Origin: a virus
Lineage: Duplodnaviria > Caudoviricetes
DNA length: 52,813 nt
Virus record (IMG/VR): IMGVR_UViG_3300044613_003454
Location: 1 to 52,813 of that record
Direction: 5' to 3' (one strand)
Each line of letters opens with the position of its first letter. Position 1 is the first letter of the stretch. This document shows, one piece after another, positions 1-6,685 of the stretch. The notes under the pieces were generated by a model that was not told the DNA's origin, did not search any database, and saw only the letters and a list, made by a program, of their open reading frames with translations. A program made the translations under genes and the position numbers.

Positions 1-191
1 TGAACCGTTCCCGTAGTAGGCCAGGCAGAGGATCCCTAGCCAAGAATCAGTCAGAGTGACCACCTGATCCGCCCCGCGATTCAGTGGGGGTTCAGGGGTA
101 GCGGACCCCCCGAAGTACCACCGGGCCATCGCCTCGAAGACGGGGAGGGGTATCCGGTTCTCAGATCTTGGACCGGCCGGTCGGTCTTGGG
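1..191. repeat. Terminal direct repeat, left copy (circular overlap)
   Basis: 1-191 matches 52623-52813 except C64 vs T52686; lies inside coding sequence. Confidence 0.97.
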
Positions 192-2122
192 TCAGCGGTT
201 CTTGCATCGAGGATCTCGTTGATCTGGTGGGCGTTCAGCTGGGAGAGGTCGAGGCCTTCGCCGATGTGGTGGCCGTTCTCGTAGTAGTCACCGTCCCGCA
301 GCCGCTCGAACAGGGTCTTGTCGTGGTCTGCACCCGGGACCTTGGAGAGGCGGCCCCGGAGGACGAATTGGCTCATGGCGACCGCGTCCAGGCAGTCGTC
401 CTTTTCGAGGCCGCCGTCAGGGGCCTCGGGGTTGAAGGACTCGATCTGGTCGAAGAGGTGCCGCCAGGGAAGCTGGTCGCGACGCCAGAGGGGGAGCTTG
501 ATCTTCCCGTGCTCGAAGCGGAACTGGAGGCCGGCGATCTTGTCCTGCTTCTCCGTCATGCCGGGGTTGAGCTTGACGATCTTGGGCAGGTGGGCGGTGC
601 CGGCCATGTCGTTCGCACGGGTGGAGACGATGGAGGTCAGGGCGTTGAAGAGGGAGACGCCCTGGCGGATCACCTCCGGGTGGACGGTGGGGCACCTCCA
701 GCGGTCCGCCATGTCGAAGACGGCCCGCACCAGCTCGGACTCCTGCCCCTGCCGGGCCCAGAGGTCCAGGACGAACAGGTCGTTCTGGGGGGTCACCGCC
801 ATCAGGCAGCACACCTTGTAGTCGGAGTCGCTGCCCGAGGTGTGTGAGGTGTCGGCGGTCATGAAGGTGCGGCAGTAGGACTGGAGGAAGTCCTTGATCG
901 GCATCTTCTTCCGCTCGGTCACGTCACCCCGACGCTCGTCCCAGCAGATGTAGGCGGTCGAGTTGAGGGGACGGTCGATCCGGTCGTCGATCTCCTCGAA
1001 CCACCAGGCGTGCCGGTCGTCGAGCTCGCCAAAGAACGCGGAGTCCCCGTCGCCGGGGTTGGCGAGATACTCGGAGTTGAAGTTGGCGGAACCGATGGAC
1101 TCCCGGATCTCCTCCAGGGAGAGGGCTTCCTTGAAGCGGGGGCGGGTGACCGCCAACGAAAGGCGTTCCTCACGGGTGGTCGGCCACATGTCCGGCCAGC
1201 AGGACGAGAGGACACCGTCCTCCTCGATGGCGGCGGGGATCACGAGGCGGGACCACCGGTTGAAACGGGGGTCCTTCGCGCGGGCGCCCTCGGGAGTTTC
1301 CTCCAGCTGCATCGCGTGCCAGAGGTAGTGACGCTTCGAGACGAACGTGCCCACCCAATCCACGCCCGTGTCCGGGCGGGTGACCATGGGGATCACGATC
1401 TTGAAGAGGAGCTCGGACATGTACGCCCGCAGCACCGACATCGGGGTCGAGGCCTTCGGGTCGTACTCGGGGTCGTCGAGACGGTAGCGGCGGGGACGGC
1501 CACCTCGCTGCTTCGAGGAGGCGCTCAGGAGGCGGAGCCACGAGCCGTTGTTGAGGATCATGTGCTCCGTGGAGAAGGAGCCCTCGCCGCGACGGGGGAT
1601 GATCCGGCCGCCCTCAAACTCCGGGGCGAAATCGTCGTTCAGGCGTTGGTTATGGATCAGTTGCCGCTTGATCCGCTCGCCCACCTCGCGGGCGTTCGGG
1701 TGCGTGGAGGTCGCGTACACGAACGAGTAGGCCGGCCTCGTGACGAGGCGGAGCAGCATGTCCTTGCAGTTGAGGTACGACTTGGCGGAGCCTCGGGGGG
1801 CCACCGCGGCGGTCATGCGGTACGAGGCCCACTGGCGTAGGAGCACCCAGTGGAACTCAGGGGTCTCCAGGGGCGTGTCGTCGTAGAAGAGCGGATTGAT
1901 GTCCGCATCTTCATCGGGCCAGAGGTAGTAGCGATCAAACCACCATACCGAAGCGACCAGGTTGTCGCCGCGGGTGACTGGATTCTCGTCGAGCAAGAGC
2001 CACTGCCGGCATGCGTTGACGCGAGCCTGACGCTGACCGTCGTCGGTGAGCGTGTCATAGTCGGCCGGCAACGGGTAGTTGGGGTTGCCTTCCGCACGGG
2101 TCTCGATCCTCTTGACGGTCAT
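161..2122 (-). CDS. terL: Terminase large subunit
   Basis: Walker A-like APRGSAKS, Walker B-like YRLDDPE, RNase H-type nuclease acids (MTADTS..SDY, DDCLDA). Start set at ATG 2122, which overlaps the upstream stop (ATGA). Confidence 0.9.
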   Translation of the reverse strand: MTVKRIETRAEGNPNYPLPADYDTLTDDGQRQARVNACRQWLLLDENPVTRGDNLVASVWWFDRYYLWPDEDADINPLFYDDTPLETPEFHWVLLRQWASYRMTAAVAPRGSAKSYLNCKDMLLRLVTRPAYSFVYATSTHPNAREVGERIKRQLIHNQRLNDDFAPEFEGGRIIPRRGEGSFSTEHMILNNGSWLRLLSASSKQRGGRPRRYRLDDPEYDPKASTPMSVLRAYMSELLFKIVIPMVTRPDTGVDWVGTFVSKRHYLWHAMQLEETPEGARAKDPRFNRWSRLVIPAAIEEDGVLSSCWPDMWPTTREERLSLAVTRPRFKEALSLEEIRESIGSANFNSEYLANPGDGDSAFFGELDDRHAWWFEEIDDRIDRPLNSTAYICWDERRGDVTERKKMPIKDFLQSYCRTFMTADTSHTSGSDSDYKVCCLMAVTPQNDLFVLDLWARQGQESELVRAVFDMADRWRCPTVHPEVIRQGVSLFNALTSIVSTRANDMAGTAHLPKIVKLNPGMTEKQDKIAGLQFRFEHGKIKLPLWRRDQLPWRHLFDQIESFNPEAPDGGLEKDDCLDAVAMSQFVLRGRLSKVPGADHDKTLFERLRDGDYYENGHHIGEGLDLSQLNAHQINEILDARTADPRPTGRSKI

Positions 2123-2508
2123 TCGGTTTCCGGGCGGTACAGGAACATCGGGGTCCCGCTGCCCAGGTACGCACACTCGATGTTGTGCAGGAAGAACTCG
2201 TGGGCCTCCTCAAGGCCCATGTCCTCCGAGAGGACCTCGATGCAGCGGTCGGCGTCGTACACGGCCAGCGGAGGGGACCCCCACTGGACTGCGTAGCCGA
2301 TCAGGGCGTCGTCCATGTTGTCCACGAACAGGGCGTCCGGGTTCATCTCGGAGATGGCTTCCCGCAGACGCTGCCCGTAGTTGACGCGGCGGACCTGCTG
2401 GCGGAGATCCTTGATGGTCTCGATCGCCTCGTCGATGATCGTGTGATCCTCGGACGGGTAATACTCCCGCATCTCCTCCAGCCGCTTCTCGATGTCAGGG
2501 ACGGGCAT
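2119..2508 (-). CDS. Hypothetical phage protein
   Basis: 129 aa, coupled to terL; pattern DDALIG..AVYD..CIEVL..EEA.EFF..NI..AYLG..TP resembles a small phage family I recall. Confidence 0.75.
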   Translation of the reverse strand: MPVPDIEKRLEEMREYYPSEDHTIIDEAIETIKDLRQQVRRVNYGQRLREAISEMNPDALFVDNMDDALIGYAVQWGSPPLAVYDADRCIEVLSEDMGLEEAHEFFLHNIECAYLGSGTPMFLYRPETE

Positions 2509-2935
2509 GGATGCGGTCCTCGATGAAGAGGCGGACTGCGGCCATCTGGCAGAGGACCGCGATCATGGAGGTGGGGTTGGACATCGCCGGGCTGACCGCC
2601 ATCAGGCGGGTGGCCACGGAAGTCCAGTGTTGGCTCAGGCCGGAACCGCCGGCCAGGAGCTCACGACGGATGGCGGCGCCGAACTCGGCGGACGTGCCGA
2701 TCACCCGGTCCACCTCAAGGATGCCCATGTCCTCCAGGGAGTAGGCACCCCAGGAGGCCAGGTCCTCCTCACGCAGCCGGCCCGACAGGACGGTGTTGAC
2801 CGTCGCCACCACCGGATGCAGGTGGGAGGACGCGGGCGGAGATGCGGGACTGGCCGGGGGGATTGAGGCCGCGGACTTGGGAGAGGATGCGGGACTCGGA
2901 CCTGACCTGCTCGATTCGTGTGCCGTCTTGCTCAT
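2495..2935 (-). CDS. Hypothetical protein (start uncertain)
   Basis: Fills the gap in the minus-strand operon; low-complexity N-terminus overlaps the upstream gene. Confidence 0.5.
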   Translation of the reverse strand: MSKTAHESSRSGPSPASSPKSAASIPPASPASPPASSHLHPVVATVNTVLSGRLREEDLASWGAYSLEDMGILEVDRVIGTSAEFGAAIRRELLAGGSGLSQHWTSVATRLMAVSPAMSNPTSMIAVLCQMAAVRLFIEDRIHARP

Positions 2936-3191
2936 GGGAGACCATCCTAACCGATCCGGTCGAGATCATGCCATTCACTTCCGCCACTTCCCGTATACGC
3001 TTGTTCAACCTGTGCAGGGCGGCAAGCCTGGTGTTGTCTTCCAGGGAGTTGCGGGCGATGTCGATGTAGGTCGTGATCTCCTCCTCGATGTCGAACCCGG
3101 AACGCTGGATGGCGGCAGCGGCCCCGTCGATCGAGAACATCGCCCGGATCGTCTCCTCGCCGTCGGAGATCGTCTCCTTCTCCTTCCTCAC
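2769..3191 (-). CDS. Candidate terminase small subunit
   Basis: 140 aa, helical, upstream of terL; segment YIDIARN..DNTRLAALHRLNK resembles TerS oligomerisation helices. Confidence 0.45.
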   Translation of the reverse strand: MRKEKETISDGEETIRAMFSIDGAAAAIQRSGFDIEEEITTYIDIARNSLEDNTRLAALHRLNKRIREVAEVNGMISTGSVRMVSHEQDGTRIEQVRSESRILSQVRGLNPPGQSRISARVLPPASGGGDGQHRPVGPAA

Positions 3192-4540
3192 GCCGCCTCC
3201 TCCTGGGATCCGCCGAGGGCGACCAGTCCGGAGCTGATGACGGCGGCCAGGGCCAGGATGAACGGAGCCGGCCCCAGACCCTTTGCGATGGACGGGTTGA
3301 CCCGTCCCCCCATCCGCTTGGCTTCCTGTCGGAGGATCTTCATGCCCTCCTTCGACTGCGGAAGCATCGTCTCTCCCTCGCGGAACGTGACATGCTCACG
3401 GGAGAACCGCGTCGGGGAGGGAGTCTTCGGTGCCTTGCCCGGGGCCGAAGGAGCCAAGGTCTCCATGATGGATTCACCCAACCCTTCGTAGTTCCGGCTG
3501 AACTCGAAGTCCGGATTGCGGATCATGGCTGGCAACGAGGAAAGGGTCGCCTGAAGACGCTGTTCAACAGGCATCTTGGTGATGCCTTGGGCCTGGAGTT
3601 CGGAGACGAGGATCCCGAAGTCCCGGGGGGCCATGTTGTTCTTCAGGCCTTCGACGACCCTTCGGAAAGTCTCCTCGGGGTTCTTGCGGAGGAAGGAGAC
3701 CTGCTGAGCAGACATTCCGGTCTCGCTCTGGAGACGGGCACGAACGTCCTTGCGGATCACTTCCTGCATGGGACGGAACACGCCGCTGCCCATGATGTTG
3801 GGCTCAAGCAGCTTTCCCGGGCTGGCCCGAAGTCCGATCGAGGGAGCCAGGATCTCGGAGACGATCGGGTAGGCCTCGGCGAGTTCCCGGCTGGTGGCAC
3901 CGAACGCCACCCCGCCCAACCGCTTCTGTCCCGCCACGGAGAGCTTGCCGAGAGTGCGGAGCTGGGCGTTCCGGTTGCGGACATCGGAGAACTCTGCGGC
4001 TTGCGGCGAGGTGGCAAGACCTTCGAGCCACAGGGCGGTGACGATGGCGTCACGCATGTTGACCCGGTGCAGACGCGGGCCCTTGGAGACACCGACGTTC
4101 ATGACCAGGCCGAGGTTTCCGAGATAGGGACGTATGGCCTTTGCGGCCGAACGCCACTCCGGCTCGGTGATCGAGTATTTACCGGGCTGAAGGTACTTCT
4201 GGACTTCCTTGCGCAGCGACTCGGTCGCCTTGGGGTCGTCCATGACGTTGATGTCGAAGTAGGAAGCCAGGGCCGGAAGGTCACGACGGACGTTCACGCC
4301 CTGGATGGGGGCTCGTCCGATCCCGAACTCCTCGAACGGGAACTGGCCCGTGATGTCGAGAAGCTTCTCCTGGAGGAGTTCAGGGTTCGCACGAGCGGAC
4401 AGCTGGGTCCCGGACTTGAAGAGCCCGCCCAACCCCTCCCCTCGGTACGGGACGGGGACCCCGCGACGGTTGGCTTCCTTGGCCGCGCCCTGAAGGCCGG
4501 ACTCGTCGCCGATCACGTCACGGGGTCCCTCCTCGTTCAC
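3188..4540 (-). CDS. Hypothetical protein with C-terminal hydrophobic segment (possible virion protein)
   Basis: 450 aa ORF coupled to neighbours; ends PFILALAAVISSGLVALG. Confidence 0.7.
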   Translation of the reverse strand: MNEEGPRDVIGDESGLQGAAKEANRRGVPVPYRGEGLGGLFKSGTQLSARANPELLQEKLLDITGQFPFEEFGIGRAPIQGVNVRRDLPALASYFDINVMDDPKATESLRKEVQKYLQPGKYSITEPEWRSAAKAIRPYLGNLGLVMNVGVSKGPRLHRVNMRDAIVTALWLEGLATSPQAAEFSDVRNRNAQLRTLGKLSVAGQKRLGGVAFGATSRELAEAYPIVSEILAPSIGLRASPGKLLEPNIMGSGVFRPMQEVIRKDVRARLQSETGMSAQQVSFLRKNPEETFRRVVEGLKNNMAPRDFGILVSELQAQGITKMPVEQRLQATLSSLPAMIRNPDFEFSRNYEGLGESIMETLAPSAPGKAPKTPSPTRFSREHVTFREGETMLPQSKEGMKILRQEAKRMGGRVNPSIAKGLGPAPFILALAAVISSGLVALGGSQEEAA

Positions 4541-4543
4541 GGA

Positions 4544-4657
4544 TCAGTACGCCTTCTTCTTGGCCTTCGGCATCGCCTTGCCGAACTTCGGCATGGGCTT
4601 GGCGCCGGCCTTCTTGGCGAACGGGTTCATCCCGGCCTTCATGGTCTTCTTCTTCAT
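4544..4657 (-). CDS. Tiny Lys/Met-rich basic protein (37 aa)
   Basis: MKKKTMKAGMNPFAKKAGAKPMPKFGKAMPKAKKKAY, preceded by an AAAGGAA RBS. Confidence 0.7.
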   Translation of the reverse strand: MKKKTMKAGMNPFAKKAGAKPMPKFGKAMPKAKKKAY

Positions 4658-4716
4658 GGGAGTTCCTTTGTGGAGTACCGGCCACGAGCCGGGTACAGGT
4701 TGGGCGGAGTGTAACG

Positions 4717-4899
4717 TCAGTCCGGAAGGAGGAGGGAGATCCGGATCTCCACCTTCTTGGACTCCTCGCATTCCTCGCAGCCGTAGTCGCACTCCTCGCA
4801 CTCCCCCTCCTTGTCCAGCTTGCCGCCGCACTCGGGGCACTTCTTGGGGTCGTACTTGGACGGCTTGCGGGGCTTCGATTTCAGTGGGGGCATGTCCAT
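4717..4899 (-). CDS. Small zinc-ribbon-like protein (60 aa)
   Basis: CPEC..CEEC..CEEC with a basic N-terminus. Confidence 0.65.
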   Translation of the reverse strand: MDMPPLKSKPRKPSKYDPKKCPECGGKLDKEGECEECDYGCEECEESKKVEIRISLLLPD

Positions 4900-4900
4900 G

Positions 4901-5152
4901 TCAGCAGTTCCAGGCCCGGAGGCTCTTGTTGATGCGGGAGTTCGGATCGTTCGCGGTCTTGGCGGAAGTGAGGCGCTTCTTCATCCCCTTCATCCGGGCA
5001 CAGAAGCTCCGGCGACGCGGCCCTCCCTCGGGCTGCGGCGCCTTGAGGTTTCCCCCGGTGGCACGGTTGTACGCCTGACGGCCGGCCTCGCTGAGCCCGC
5101 CCTCCGGGTTCTTGTGCTTCGCCTTGAAGTTGAACCGCTTCTTCCCCGCCAT
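4901..5152 (-). CDS. Small basic phage protein (83 aa)
   Basis: KNPEGGLSEAGR..RRRSFCARM..DPNSRINKSLRAWNC, a pattern I recall from aquatic phages; TGATG coupling. Confidence 0.75.
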   Translation of the reverse strand: MAGKKRFNFKAKHKNPEGGLSEAGRQAYNRATGGNLKAPQPEGGPRRRSFCARMKGMKKRLTSAKTANDPNSRINKSLRAWNC

Positions 5153-5286
5153 CAGCGACCTCGCCCCCAGTTCGACTTCATCTGCTTCCACGACTTGGCG
5201 CTGACCGTGGACTTCGACTTGGGACGCGAAGTGCCTGCCGCCTTGCGACGGTTGATGTTGTAGAGGAGTCCCTTCTTTGCAGCCAT
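5152..5286 (-). CDS. Tiny basic protein (44 aa)
   Basis: MAAKKGLLYNINRRKAAGTSRPKSKSTVSAKSWKQMKSNWGRGR; TGATG overlaps on both sides. Confidence 0.7.
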   Translation of the reverse strand: MAAKKGLLYNINRRKAAGTSRPKSKSTVSAKSWKQMKSNWGRGR

Positions 5287-5417
5287 CACTTGCTCCGCTT
5301 CTTGGGGGCCCGCTTGGGGAGCGACTTCATGTTCGGCGTTTCCTTGGCCCACCGCTTCGCGGTCTTGGGCATCTTCGCGAACATGTACTTCTGCTGGGCT
5401 TTCGACTTGAACGGCAT
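5286..5417 (-). CDS. Tiny basic protein (43 aa; not in ORF track)
   Basis: Read by hand: MPFKSKAQQKYMFAKMPKTAKRWAKETPNMKSLPKRAPKKRSK; coupled to both neighbours. Confidence 0.75.
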   Translation of the reverse strand: MPFKSKAQQKYMFAKMPKTAKRWAKETPNMKSLPKRAPKKRSK

Positions 5418-5418
5418 G

Positions 5419-5856
5419 TCAGGTCCTTGGGTTGAGGAGGTTGAGCATCCGGCGGGCGGCGTCGCGGGATTCCTCGATTGTACGTTGCTCCAGTTCCACG
5501 CCGTCCATCACGCGGGCCTTGCAGACCTCCTCAACTAGCATCGGGAGATTCTGCTCGATGTACTCCTTGGGGACCCGGACCGCCTCGTTCTTCTTGCGGC
5601 CCTTCCGGATCTTGGAGCAGCCGGGCACCAGGAAGTCAGGCTGCCCGAACCGGCAGGCGGCCCAGAGTCCGATCCGGAACATGTGGAGGTTCACGAGGCA
5701 GTCCTCGTGGATGTGGAGGATGGGCACTCCGAGGTTGCGGCAGAGCTTCCGGAACGACGCCGGCGTCAGCTGCATCTCCTCGCAGAACCTGGACTCGTGG
5801 ACCCACCGGAGTCCACCGCCCAGGCTGAACGACATCCCTTTCCTCTTGCGACTCAA
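5419..5856 (-). CDS. Hypothetical protein, possible HTH/excisionase-like DNA binder
   Basis: 145 aa; FCEEMQLTPASFRKLCRNLGVP is HTH-like. Confidence 0.55.
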   Translation of the reverse strand: MSRKRKGMSFSLGGGLRWVHESRFCEEMQLTPASFRKLCRNLGVPILHIHEDCLVNLHMFRIGLWAACRFGQPDFLVPGCSKIRKGRKKNEAVRVPKEYIEQNLPMLVEEVCKARVMDGVELEQRTIEESRDAARRMLNLLNPRT

Positions 5857-6644
5857 AAGAGCAGCTCCCCAAGAAGTTCGTCGGTGGTTCTACCCCCGGC
5901 TGGAGGCAGAGAACCGTGCATCAGGTCTCCGATTTGACGCTTCAAATCAATCGGGTTGTTCTTGCTGAAGCCGGTCAACCCCCCTGTGGAAGGGGCAATT
6001 GGTCGTCCAAGAGCGGCCCTGTTTACGAGAACCATTGATTCCGCGTTTTCCAAGGGTGTAAGGGCAGCCGGCAAGTTGCCCTTGTAGCGGGGGGCAGCCA
6101 CCCCTTCACGCTTTGCAGAAGGACCAAAGTCTCGTTCCAAAGCCTTGAGGGTGTCATCTACGGACGAAGTGCCAGGGTATCGGTTGTTGAGATACTCCAT
6201 CGTCTTTCTGATGGAGGGATTGTTGTACCCCTCATCCACGCTCCACAAGGGATTGGCCTTTGGATTGTTGGCTCTCACGTTCCCCTTCACCAACCAACCA
6301 CCCTCGTCAAAGCCAGCCACGGGATACCAGGATCCAGCTGTCTTTCCCGATGTGCCCGAGGAACTTCGGTAGAAAGGAATGGTGTCCCCGTTCACGTTGA
6401 CGAACACGATCGGTCGAGCAGGTTCCCCTGCGGCTTCATACACCGTAAAGGATCCGGTAGATCCTGTCTGGGGATCTGTCACTTCCTGGAAGTTGGGACC
6501 ATCGTCGGAAAGCTTGAACTCCCTGGTGACATTGGGATTCTTGGCTCCGGCCGGGGCGGTTGACCGTTCAGCGAATGGCAACAACCCTTGGCCCTCTTCA
6601 GCAGAGACCCTAAATCGTTCCGGAGCCTTGATCTCCGGCAACAC
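5853..6644 (-). CDS. Hypothetical protein (possibly the C-terminal part of the 6686-9310 product)
   Basis: 263 aa, lower GC; globular core VNVNG..IPFYRSSSGTSGK..WYPVAGF..GW. Confidence 0.65.
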   Translation of the reverse strand: MLPEIKAPERFRVSAEEGQGLLPFAERSTAPAGAKNPNVTREFKLSDDGPNFQEVTDPQTGSTGSFTVYEAAGEPARPIVFVNVNGDTIPFYRSSSGTSGKTAGSWYPVAGFDEGGWLVKGNVRANNPKANPLWSVDEGYNNPSIRKTMEYLNNRYPGTSSVDDTLKALERDFGPSAKREGVAAPRYKGNLPAALTPLENAESMVLVNRAALGRPIAPSTGGLTGFSKNNPIDLKRQIGDLMHGSLPPAGGRTTDELLGELLF

Positions 6645-6685
6645 CTCTGGTTTGGTCGGGGTGGGCTGGGGTGTTCCCCCAGCCC

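Noticed and set aside
4658-4716. Short intergenic gaps here and at 29833-29908 as tRNA or ncRNA
   Set aside because: No cloverleaf, T-loop or recognisable RNA family by eye
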